From: Epithemia pelagica
Lineage: Eukaryota > Protista > Bacillariophyta
DNA: 64,000 nt
Assembly (NCBI GenBank): GCA_946965045.2
Contig: OX337228.1
Span: 4,154,001-4,218,000 of the forward strand
Direction: 5' to 3'
Below, one piece after another: positions 46,218-55,971 of this stretch. The translations under genes were made by a program, and so were the position numbers. The notes below the pieces were generated by a model that made no database searches, was not told where the DNA came from, and was given only the letters and a program-made list of their open reading frames with translations. Numbering within the stretch: position 1 is the stretch's first letter; the number at the start of each line of letters is the position of its first letter.

Positions 46218-48023
46218 ATGATACGGCTCCCTGCAACGGCTTTCCTGGTCCATTCGAAATCAATACTTCCATCAAGGTACAATGCGGTGAAAAGAGCTCC
46301 ATTGAAATACGTCGTGGCTGAAGGAATTCTACAGCATCGTTCCTACAGAAGAGGTGTTCATGTAAATGAGGCAGAAGCCGTGTCGCCGGTGGTTGGACAG
46401 CCACTTAGCCCGGATGAGCGCCGACGAATTGCTGCTGATTTTAACAGGAGAAGAGCTGAGTACAATCGTGAGGTCTCTAAGTTGCGAAAAGAGTATGCGC
46501 AGGAAATAGCTGCCCAGAAAATTGCCGATAAGGCCTCAAAGGAAAAACGGCATAGTTACGTAGCTCGCTCCAAGCTAGAGCGTCAGCGAGTGAAGAATAT
46601 CCGCATCGCTCAAAAAGCTCTGATCGAAGAAGAGAAAAGGAAGCAGCAGGCAGTTTATTTTGAGAAGCATCTGGAACGCGCACAAATTAAACGTGAGGCG
46701 CGAAAAGAATTGTATCGATCAATTCGTCAGATGGCAATTGATACGCTTGAAAAGGATGCACACCACTGGTTGTCAACTCCTGAAGAAGTGGAAGCAGCAT
46801 TTAGCCCTGAGGCTGAACAGAAACTCTGGAGTAGGCCACATGGTGTTCTGGGGTCGCCTAACCCTACTCCAGATGCTCACTTTTGGCAGCAGCTCTCACA
46901 TACAGCCAACATGAGAAAAACATACAAATCCCAACAAGAATACCTGCTTGATACTCTTCGCGACAGGATCTATGACGAGGCAAATTTAGACAAAAAGTAT
47001 TGGACCCCTGAGCGACTTAAAGAGGTGCAAGATGTTGAGGACAGAGCTCGGTTGCGCTCAGACGTTCAGGTAGTCGGGACACGGGAGCTGTTGAAACGGC
47101 AAACACAAATGATTCAGATGGATTACGGCACCAAAAGTGGAGAGTTGCCTAAGCGGAAGCCACCTCCTAGTCTGAGCATGCTTGCAAACAAAAAAGCACT
47201 TGAAGCGGAAGGCTCCAAAGTTCTCTTGGATGATCCTACTAAATTCTTCGTCTTTGACGATAGCTCAGTCGTAGAATCAAAAAGTGAGAGTGAAACAGGA
47301 AAGTATGAAGGTCCAAGTCTGGGAGCTCCAATTGGCTATCAAAGAATTGGACAAAATGAGTATACTCTCATTCTGGGCAAGCCCAAGGCGCCTAACAAGA
47401 GGACGGAAAAAGAAAAGAAACAAATTGAGAGAGAAAACCGCCTTCTTAAAGCAGCTGGAGGAACTATGGGTTTTGGAGAAAATGCTGAGTTTGTCAGTGA
47501 AGAGGAATATCTTGAAAGGCTACCCACAATTGATTATAACACTGCTGAGGTAGAAGAAGATCCTGAGGATAGAGAGTGGATCGAAGGTGTCGATCCCCAC
47601 ACCGAAGAAGGCAAGGCCATTCTTGATGTCCAACCTGCTCTCAGAATGTCAAGGGCTAATGTCGAGTGGGCAAGGGAGCAGCTGGAGTCTCAGAAAAGCT
47701 ACTATGAAGGAGCCATACAAACAGAGATGGAATCTTACCAGTCAAGAACTCTGTCTCGGTTAGAATATATCAGAGAAAGGGCTCTGGAAGAGAATCCTGA
47801 TGCCGAACTCCCTGACTTTGAAGTGGACCGCATATTGCTGTCGATGCCGGTTCCTGAATTGATGGAATTGTCAGATATTGATGAGGCGTTTGCGGCCAAT
47901 CCCATGAGCGATGCACAAATCGCCGAAGCTGCTGAGAAGCTTCCGAGTCTTTCTGAGTCGCAGCTAAAAGAGATCCTTACTCGGGATCGAACGTTTGTTC
48001 CAGATGAGCCACCGTCTTACTAG
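46218..48023 (+). CDS. Coiled-coil protein, probably mitochondrial; N-terminal part resembles mitoribosomal mS26
   Basis: Long ORF with a presequence-like start MIRLPATAFLVHSKS...RSYRRG, a charged helical region and an acidic C-terminal half. The start is uncertain. Confidence 0.7.
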   Translation: MIRLPATAFLVHSKSILPSRYNAVKRAPLKYVVAEGILQHRSYRRGVHVNEAEAVSPVVGQPLSPDERRRIAADFNRRRAEYNREVSKLRKEYAQEIAAQKIADKASKEKRHSYVARSKLERQRVKNIRIAQKALIEEEKRKQQAVYFEKHLERAQIKREARKELYRSIRQMAIDTLEKDAHHWLSTPEEVEAAFSPEAEQKLWSRPHGVLGSPNPTPDAHFWQQLSHTANMRKTYKSQQEYLLDTLRDRIYDEANLDKKYWTPERLKEVQDVEDRARLRSDVQVVGTRELLKRQTQMIQMDYGTKSGELPKRKPPPSLSMLANKKALEAEGSKVLLDDPTKFFVFDDSSVVESKSESETGKYEGPSLGAPIGYQRIGQNEYTLILGKPKAPNKRTEKEKKQIERENRLLKAAGGTMGFGENAEFVSEEEYLERLPTIDYNTAEVEEDPEDREWIEGVDPHTEEGKAILDVQPALRMSRANVEWAREQLESQKSYYEGAIQTEMESYQSRTLSRLEYIRERALEENPDAELPDFEVDRILLSMPVPELMELSDIDEAFAANPMSDAQIAEAAEKLPSLSESQLKEILTRDRTFVPDEPPSY

Positions 48024-48509
48024 TGTCGAGCTTGTCCGTATATATGTCGCGGAGTTTAAAGCTGCACAACTGGACACTGGACTATGCACGATGGTTCTTG
48101 AATCAACCGATTGTTGCATGAGCTTTGAGTTACCGTACGGAGTAGTTCGTAGGAGTAATACGAGTAGACTCATGTCCTCCTTGGAATAACCCTAGATATG
48201 ACATCGCGGAATAGTCCCCGTCTTCTAGCATGAGACCAAGGTGACGAGTCAATAGCAAGTCCTAGCTATTGCGAAGAACATCGAGTCGCGTTTACATTGC
48301 GAGAAGTTAGCTCACTTTGTGGTGCGCTGGACAGACGCGAGCTCGTACGTCCACCATAACGCTGAAGATTTTTCACCCGAACGGTGCTGCGGCTCTCTGC
48401 GGTGTGTTGTCACGATACGGAGTCCACACCATCGTCTCTCTTGCTTGATCTATTTGTCTTCTATTCGACCCAAGATCTTCTCAAATCTTGTAAAATTGAA
48501 TCTCTCGTG

Positions 48510-49093
48510 ATGATTTCAACAGTATCTCGATGCGTAGCTCGTGCCGCTGCTCGCAATTCGAGTCGAACAGCGATGAGATCAGGTAAGGACTTCGGGTCCG
48601 CCTTCATCGGCGATGCCGACTTGAACGGTTAATGTAGTGAATGATTTGGAAGACCGCTTAATGGAGCTATGAACATAATTTCGTCTCACAATGGTGTCTG
48701 GAATATTTGGGGTTAACAGTGGCGAGAGCATTCTCTACGAAAGAAGAACTTGCTCCAGGTGAAAACGTGGTTGTGCCCTTGATTGCGAACTCACTTGAGT
48801 TCACACTAAGCAAACCTCCTCCGCTCCATCAGTTTGTTGAATCTCCAATTGTGGTTGAGACCGAACATTTAGATATGCATCCAGGTAAAGAAGCCGAGGA
48901 AGTTCTGGCAATGCAGGGAGAAGAGGTGACAGATATAGTTGGAAAAGAAGGATGGACTCTCAATGACCCTGCGTTGTACGAAGGTTTGATCCCTCAAAAT
49001 CCCGAGTGGACTGAATTTGTCGACGAGAAAACTGGAGAATGGGTGTACATGGATGAATATGGAAATCGCCTTGAGAAGCCAATGGAAGATTAA
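48510..49093 (+). CDS. Probable nucleus-encoded Cox1 C-terminal fragment (Cox1-c); 2 exons (48510-48582, 48720-49093), 148 aa
   Basis: Mitochondrial presequence MISTVSRCVARAAARNSSRTAMRS|VARAFST, then NSLEFTLSKPPPLHQFVESP, matching the SLEW-x4-PPP-x-H-x-F-x-E-x-P tail of Cox1. 137-nt intron. Confidence 0.7.
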
Positions 49094-49209
49094 ATGTCTT
49101 GATATGATTTAGTGGTAATATTACCATTTTATCCAGCAGGACCAATTGTAAGATGGAGTAACAGTCTATCTCTCTTCTCAAACTAGTATGCGTTATTTTG
49201 AAAAGTGAG

Positions 49210-50343
49210 CTAAACCTGTATCCAAAACGGATTTGAACCCAACTCCGGAATGGATTGTCTTATTCGTTCGATATCGCAGTGTCGGACCAAGTTCGGTATA
49301 TCGATGAACTTATCCACGTCCCGATTACAAAGCTTTTCAGCGCAAAGCATGAATGCCTCGTCAGATGTCTTGACGCTTAACGTTTCCGATTGGTTTTTGA
49401 GTAAGACTCTGTGTTTGCGTTCAAGGCGACTTCTATCCTTTTGTTGTCCTTGATTGGATAGACCTAACAGCTGAAAGTAGACTCCGTTAGCAAGCAATTG
49501 CTCAGCTTCTTCATGCCTGGACTTCAGTTTGCGCCAAATAGCATTTGCTTCGTCTTCCATTTTCTTGCCAATCGTAACCATGGACATGAAGTCATGTGAC
49601 TCATTGGCCATTGCTGCGAGGGCAGCATATATAGCTGGACGTTTTGAGTACGGTATCAAACTATGGTATGGTTCAAAATGTAAGTTGACCAGTTCTCTTA
49701 CTGTCAAACTCGAAGTTAGTTCTTCACCAGCTTTGACTCCATCATGACAACCTTTCTGGAGTTCATCTCGATGATGGGCCATGTTGGAACAAAGTCGATC
49801 AATTGCTTCCTCTTCTTCTCGTTGGATAATGTACTCACAGAACTCATCACAAACAGTATTCTCTGACCTGGGAATATGGATAAACCTCAACTCTACATTC
49901 AATGGCATCTGATCGACAAGGCTAGTTGCTTTTCGAAAGTACTTCTCCATTTTACGAGGACGAGATCGACCTCGCATTTGATCGATCACGGTCTTACAGT
50001 CACCATGAACCGTGATCAAAACAGGGTCGTTGATTGCAACACGGCCTTCTTCGACAAAGCGTAATAAAAATTCCAGCCCGAGAATCAAGCCCTCATATTC
50101 AGCGTCGGCTGAAGTCAAAACAGGGCTATGATTGGAAAGGCTTCTTCCTCCCAAAAATGCCCGTGATGTATCTTTTGCCCATGTTTCTTCTTCGTCAGTG
50201 ATTCTCACAAATGCCGCGCATGATGACAGTTTCCCGAGGGAATCCACGTTATAGCCAGGATCGCATGGCTGTCGTATCGAACCATCGAAATGGAGAACCA
50301 GACTGCAACGAATAGCAATGGACAATGTCAGTATTGCCTTCAT
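49210..50343 (-). CDS. Ribonuclease HI-like domain protein
   Basis: All four RNase H acidic residues appear present: LHFDGS, AEYEGLILGL, VHGDCKTVIDQM, HIPRSENTVCDEF. Hydrophobic N-terminus and an uncharacterised C-terminal half. Confidence 0.8.
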   Translation of the reverse strand: MKAILTLSIAIRCSLVLHFDGSIRQPCDPGYNVDSLGKLSSCAAFVRITDEEETWAKDTSRAFLGGRSLSNHSPVLTSADAEYEGLILGLEFLLRFVEEGRVAINDPVLITVHGDCKTVIDQMRGRSRPRKMEKYFRKATSLVDQMPLNVELRFIHIPRSENTVCDEFCEYIIQREEEEAIDRLCSNMAHHRDELQKGCHDGVKAGEELTSSLTVRELVNLHFEPYHSLIPYSKRPAIYAALAAMANESHDFMSMVTIGKKMEDEANAIWRKLKSRHEEAEQLLANGVYFQLLGLSNQGQQKDRSRLERKHRVLLKNQSETLSVKTSDEAFMLCAEKLCNRDVDKFIDIPNLVRHCDIERIRQSIPELGSNPFWIQV

Positions 50344-50760
50344 TGGAAGCTGTCTGCGTGGCAGGTGGAACGTAAACCTACCCCTCTAGCAAAATCCAGG
50401 TTATGAGTCTGTATCGGTGGCGGTCAGGAAGTACTCCCAAGCAGGGATATGGTCGCAGATGGAGTCGTGCAAAAAATGATTGAGGGAATGCACCTAAACG
50501 TGCGACTGAATGGGTCGTCCCTGCTTGGGGGTAGAAAGGGAAGGCGATCTAAAAGCGGCTCTTGATTGAGATTGATGTCCGCCTTCAGCGGGTCTTGCTT
50601 TGATGTTACCAGGATCTGTTTGTCCCTCACATTTTCTCATCGAGCCACCAACCGCAAACGCACCTCCGTCATCGAGACGTGGGTACTCCGATCGAGGTCT
50701 TTTGAATCTTTGCTTTTCGAGAACAGCACTCCAATCCTCCCCTTTGTTTCAGAATCCATA

Positions 50761-52905
50761 ATGAGAGAAACAAGAATGATATGCGCTGCTGTGTTTTTGT
50801 CGCTTTTGATTCGGGTAGGCGCTTCGAACGACTTTCGCTGGCGTCGGAATGATTACGGTCAAACTGGTCCGGTCAAGATATCTAAGAGTGGCTTCGGTGG
50901 ATTTGTGAGGAGGGGTGGCTCATTGGCAGTTGCAGCCGAGTCTGACCCCAAGGGGAGCAGCAGCATTCCTATTCGTGTAGCTTATCAAGGAGAGCCAGGC
51001 GCATACTCAGAGAAGTCAACAAGAGAATTGCTGGGTGACAATGTTGTAGCTATTGGACGCCCATCGTTTGAGGACTGTTTCAGGGCTGTCGCTTCGATGG
51101 AATGTGACTATGCTTGCCTCCCGGTGGAAAACTCTCTGGGCGGTAGCATCCATGAAAATTATGATCTGATGCTTCGTTATGATCTCAAGATTGTTGCAGA
51201 ACATGAGTTCCGTGTCCATCACTGTTTACTTGCCAAACATGGTGTAAAACGAGAAGAAATCAAGTATGCAATATCTCATCCCCAAGCTCTTGCTCAATGT
51301 GATAACTTCCTTCGAGGACTGGGCATCACACCCATTCCCACTTATGATACGGCCGGCTCTGCCAAAATGATTTCGGAAGGAAAATTACCACCAGGCTGTA
51401 CACCAGAGAACACAGCTGCTATTGCTTCAGATCTTGCTGCGAAGCGGTATAAAATGCATTGCCTCAATGAGAGAATCGAAGATGACGACACAAACTTCAC
51501 AAGGTTCCTCTTGCTTAGCCGCAAGGATGTCGCCCAATACTTGGGGCAGAAAACCCAAGCAAAAACATCCGTCGTTTTCACTCTCCCAAACACGGCAGGG
51601 GCTCTCTATAAGGCGCTTGCTTGCTTTTCACTTAGAGATATTGATTTCTCAAAAATTGAGAGTCGGCCCACATCAGCTTCTCTACTGAACTTTCTCAAGT
51701 TTAAAAGCCAGCAACTGGGTAGGAAGACAAGAAACAAGGCGGATTTGCCTCGCTTTCGATATTGCTTTTACTTGGACTTCTTGGCTGGTGAGCTTGATAT
51801 GAAAACTAAAAACGCCTTGGATCATTTGCGAGAGCAAGCCGACTTTGTCCGCATTCTTGGCTCATATCCACAGAAGTCTCGTTTAGTTGGCCCCGTTGCT
51901 CAGTCCGTCGAAGATCTCAAACACATGGCACCGGATGAAAGCGAGATCAGCTTAGTGGCTCTTCCAAGTGATTCAGCTACGGGAAATACGCTGAAAATTG
52001 GAATTGTGGGATTTGACACCTTTGGACAGTTTCTTGCCGAACACCTGTCGGCCAAGCATAAGGTTTCATGTATCGACCTAACTCAGGACAAATCTTCGGC
52101 TGCACAGAAACTGGGTGTTGACTACTTTTCCAACTTTGAGATGGGACGGTTCCTGTCTGATCTTGATGTTGTGGTTCTGGCAGTACCGTTGGTTCAGTTT
52201 GAAGACACGGTCACGAGTTTACCAGTTGCGGACTTGAAAGGAAAACTGGTTGTGGAGACATGTGTTTTGAATAATCACCCCAAAGCTGTCCTCCTCAAGC
52301 ACTTGGGAAGCTACCCAGAAATTGATATCCTTTCATCACATCCAATGGTCAGTACCTCCTCTCGAGGAACGGATGACCCATACAGTGGCTCGTCATGGGA
52401 CGGCCGACCGATGGTGTACGAGAAAGTTCGTATTGCAGACGTGTCGCGCTGTGAATGTTTCTTGCAAACATTTGAGGAAGCTCGTTGCCAATTGGTCGAA
52501 ATGACGGCCGAGCAACATGATGAAACTGTGGCGGATGCCGAGTTTGTGGCCCACTTGACAGGTCGTCTACTCATGGACAAGCATTTATTACCTGCAACAC
52601 CTGTGGTTTCAAAAGAATACGCGGCTCTGTGCGATGTTGCCGATATGACCTCAGGTGATTCCTTTGAGCTCTTTTATGGAATGTTCAAATACAACAGCCG
52701 GGCTCGCGAACACCTGATACAGCTCAAGGATAATTTATCCACCCTTGAACGTCAGTTGGCAGCAAAGGAAGCCTACCTCGAAGCCAGCATTGAGATGAAG
52801 AACAATGACCGACAACGGTTACTGGCGGAAACGAAACAACTCCTCCGCGAAGTGGCCAAGGATGGCGGCCTCTGGGGTAAACAGCCCGGAAAAACCGATA
52901 GTTAA
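50761..52905 (+). CDS. Prephenate/arogenate dehydratase (PDT + ACT) fused to an arogenate/prephenate dehydrogenase-like domain
   Basis: PDT motifs VAYQGEPGAYSE, LPVENSLGGSI, ISHPQALAQC, DTAGSA, NFTRFLLL and KIESRP. Then KIGIVGFDTFGQFLA, HPM, MTAEQHD and FELFYGMFKYN, as in plant-type TyrA. Signal-like N-terminus; start placed at the ATG at 50761. Confidence 0.9.
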   Translation: MRETRMICAAVFLSLLIRVGASNDFRWRRNDYGQTGPVKISKSGFGGFVRRGGSLAVAAESDPKGSSSIPIRVAYQGEPGAYSEKSTRELLGDNVVAIGRPSFEDCFRAVASMECDYACLPVENSLGGSIHENYDLMLRYDLKIVAEHEFRVHHCLLAKHGVKREEIKYAISHPQALAQCDNFLRGLGITPIPTYDTAGSAKMISEGKLPPGCTPENTAAIASDLAAKRYKMHCLNERIEDDDTNFTRFLLLSRKDVAQYLGQKTQAKTSVVFTLPNTAGALYKALACFSLRDIDFSKIESRPTSASLLNFLKFKSQQLGRKTRNKADLPRFRYCFYLDFLAGELDMKTKNALDHLREQADFVRILGSYPQKSRLVGPVAQSVEDLKHMAPDESEISLVALPSDSATGNTLKIGIVGFDTFGQFLAEHLSAKHKVSCIDLTQDKSSAAQKLGVDYFSNFEMGRFLSDLDVVVLAVPLVQFEDTVTSLPVADLKGKLVVETCVLNNHPKAVLLKHLGSYPEIDILSSHPMVSTSSRGTDDPYSGSSWDGRPMVYEKVRIADVSRCECFLQTFEEARCQLVEMTAEQHDETVADAEFVAHLTGRLLMDKHLLPATPVVSKEYAALCDVADMTSGDSFELFYGMFKYNSRAREHLIQLKDNLSTLERQLAAKEAYLEASIEMKNNDRQRLLAETKQLLREVAKDGGLWGKQPGKTDS

Positions 52906-52982
52906 CGAAGGATGGTGAATCGATGTCCCTACCTAGTGCACATACAAAACAAAGTACCTCAATTTGGCTATTACTTTTCTTT

Positions 52983-54089
52983 CTATTGAACTATTCTAAG
53001 CAAGTCGTCCTGGGACGATTGATCCTTGACGATTCGAATGCGATAATAATCATCCACCATGGGAGGCGGTTTGTCTGACCCTATTTTCGAAGATAGCGGT
53101 TCTGCCTGTTTTTCTCCTACTATCGCAGTCTCTTGTACACGTTTCAGAAAGAGCAAGGCTGACATGCACATGCTGTGGACTGTTGTATGACCGGATGGAG
53201 CACGTTGCCGACGTTGACGCATTTGTTTCAGGACACTTCGGATAAGTCGATTGGCCATACGAAATTCTCCACATTGGATCCAATCATAGGCTTGATTGAT
53301 TTGACACTTCCAAGCCATTTCCACGTCTCCCAAATACCAGGCCAACCATTGTTGTTGACGAGATAACTGTGCGGCACTGGTGAAGTGTCGCGTCAAATAG
53401 AAACCACCTCCCATTGTGGAACAAAAGCCGGCAAGAGACTGCGCCAAAATTAATTGGTGTTCCCAATGAATTAACCTCTCCTCCCAACTGAATTCGAATG
53501 GTGATGCGAGGGAAGGGAACATCCATATCCACAAAGTTCTAGTGTTTCTCCACCGCCTTAATCCTGGATACCGCCCAGCCAGAAGTTTCAATTTCCGTGT
53601 CATATATTGAGGTTCTAATGAATGTTCGTCGGATTGCTTTGTTGCTACAACATTCTTGAGAACATGCGACATGAAGTTGCTGATTCGACAAAGGTCATCG
53701 TTGGACGAAGTCCTTGAGGGATCAATGAGGGATTCGAGAAGGATCGTCATCATTTCACTTGGTCTAGATGATGGTCCTTGAAAAAGACATGGTGCTAGCA
53801 CTTGCCATAATGCGCGTGACTTTCGTGCTTTGATGTGGGCAATGACATTAGTATGTGACGACAGTGCAAGATGATTGCGAGTGGAAGATTGCGTTCGTGA
53901 GGACGAAAGTGAAGGATTTCCAAAGGCCGTCTGTACCTCCGACATGACTTGCTGATAGAGATTCACATTGCTGGGTGTAACAAGCCATACTGTTAACAGA
54001 GAGGTCTTTGTTCTATTATGAGCTGGCGTTGCACTCATGGTCGGTTTGTCTAAAAGAAGGCCGTGGCCGTGGGGCGTTGTTGGAGGCAT
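52983..54089 (-). CDS. Uncharacterised protein with a C-terminal DUF4807-like region
   Basis: 368-aa ORF. CSTMGGGFY...SRQQQWLAWYLGD...KCQINQAYDWIQCG recalls DUF4807 proteins; assigned from memory, so tentative. Confidence 0.6.
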   Translation of the reverse strand: MPPTTPHGHGLLLDKPTMSATPAHNRTKTSLLTVWLVTPSNVNLYQQVMSEVQTAFGNPSLSSSRTQSSTRNHLALSSHTNVIAHIKARKSRALWQVLAPCLFQGPSSRPSEMMTILLESLIDPSRTSSNDDLCRISNFMSHVLKNVVATKQSDEHSLEPQYMTRKLKLLAGRYPGLRRWRNTRTLWIWMFPSLASPFEFSWEERLIHWEHQLILAQSLAGFCSTMGGGFYLTRHFTSAAQLSRQQQWLAWYLGDVEMAWKCQINQAYDWIQCGEFRMANRLIRSVLKQMRQRRQRAPSGHTTVHSMCMSALLFLKRVQETAIVGEKQAEPLSSKIGSDKPPPMVDDYYRIRIVKDQSSQDDLLRIVQ

Positions 54090-54390
54090 ATTCGGTTTTC
54101 GGTCGCTTCAAGTCGCGGAGAAGCGAGAAAAAACCGCCGCTCGTGCGACTGCTTGTTCGACTGAGTTCAAAGAACGGAGTCGGGTAAGCCGGCAGGCCAA
54201 TAGGGGGTCCGGGGGTGGGAAATACACAATGACCCGACCAGCACCTCTGCCACTGAGTATACAATTTCAGTAGACCGGCACGCGATTTTCCAAAATTCAA
54301 CGCCAGATCCAGCCCGCCCAGTATTATTTTATAGACGTCAAGGTATAAAATTTATAATGGCACAACGGTCATAGCAATCCACAAGTTTTT

Positions 54391-55792
54391 CCCTCGGTAT
54401 CAGTGTCCACTGCTTAGCTGTTTTTTGTCTGTGCCACCTTCATAGGTTCCCAAGTGGACACAGACAGAAAATTTCCTTTTTGACGCAAATGGAAATGACT
54501 AAATTGCAAATTGGCACGCATACCCAGCTGGAGTTTTCGCAGTTCATGAAACTGACGCATGCCCAACAAGCGGCCCTGCGTGGATGACGGTTGCAGAATG
54601 CGCCATCCAAATTCCAAATCCCCCATAAAATCACACAGAGGCCATCACCCACAATGGCATGGCATGAATTGTCGCCTTTCATGCAGTTGAGGTAAGTTTG
54701 AACGTACAAAAATGTCTCCATGACAACAACAGCTTTTGAACTGTCATTCTAACTTCTCCCTCACACTTGTATTCGTTTTTCTCTTCTGATATTCAACATT
54801 CGACAACTGTCTCTCTCTCTCTGTCCACTTCATTGAGAGTGAATGTTTGTGCCTATGGAATGTCAATTCTCCATTCGAGCCTCGGCTTAAAATTGGAGAC
54901 CACATAGAGCTTCTTTCTTTGTATACTACTCCTAGGAGTTTCTATCAGAAGTTTATTTCCTATCTTATTGATTTTGTAAGATCGTGCGTGTTATTGCCGT
55001 GCTTTCAACCACCATGACACTCTGGTGAAGGTTTGGGGCCATCTTGAAGCAACTGATCGACTCTGTGATCTACGAAGACTAGTTTGAGTAGGCCTAGTGG
55101 CAACAAGCTGCCTTAGTTTGTTGTCATCTCTAGGTCTATGTACTTGAGTATCCGACACACAAAGAAAGGTTCTTGATCTGTGATCGACATGGAGATGGAC
55201 TAAGCGAAGCACAATGATGAGAGTAAAAATCCATGCTACAAAGATAAGAACACAACCAACAATCAAGGAGCACTACGATTAGAGCAAGGAAAAGTTGTGG
55301 CAAACGGCCTACAATGACTTGTCCTCCGTTTGATTGCGACAAAATCAAAGGAGCACCAACCATCAGCATTAACAGGGACAAAGATTAATGAGATAACGTG
55401 TGAGAAAACTACGCAGGACATGAAAGAAGCTAAGAGACAAACAACAAGCAACAAGAGAGAAAAACCAACCAAAATACTGCTTCAGGTCGCAAGGCTTCAT
55501 AAAGAGCTCGCTTCATGGTCAATGTCGAATGTCGATGCTTTTGACACCGCGTGAGATTTTTGTGACGAGACAAGAGTCGTGTGAAAGGATTCCAAATTTG
55601 AATCGTGGTCACGGTCACAGGAAGATGCTAACCGCCAACTGTCACTTGCACGCCGGCATTTCCACCAGGACGAGGAACTATATTGGTGAAAAGGACAGAC
55701 GAAAAGTGAAATTTTCTGTCTGTGTCCACTTGGGAACCTATGAAGGTGGCACAGACAAAAAACAGCTAAGCAGTGGACACTGATACCGAGGG
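54391..55792. mobile_element. Non-autonomous DNA transposon (MITE-like, 1402 bp) with perfect 85-bp terminal inverted repeats
   Basis: 54391-54475 is the exact reverse complement of 55708-55792. Termini are CCCT...AGGG. No intact transposase ORF inside and no exact target-site duplication (flanks TTTT / TATA). Confidence 0.85.
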
Positions 55793-55971
55793 TATAGCCA
55801 ACCCAACACGTCAGACTACGTCATCAAAAATATCAGAAATACCCAACGTATCGTGGTAGGTTATGAGCCCCTTTGTGTTTGGGTGATCATTGAACTCAGC
55901 CGCCCCATCCCGGTAGGGATTTCTGTCCTCCACACGACGACCACGACCATGGCGAGTGTCGATGAAGATGT

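Noticed and set aside
54991-55618. Short ORFs inside the TIR element as a candidate transposase
   Set aside because: All are under 100 aa with no DDE/DDD motif. They are treated as degenerate or captured sequence.
54391-55792. Firm assignment of the TIR element to piggyBac
   Set aside because: The CCCT/AGGG termini fit, but the TTAA target-site duplication is absent, so the superfamily is left open.
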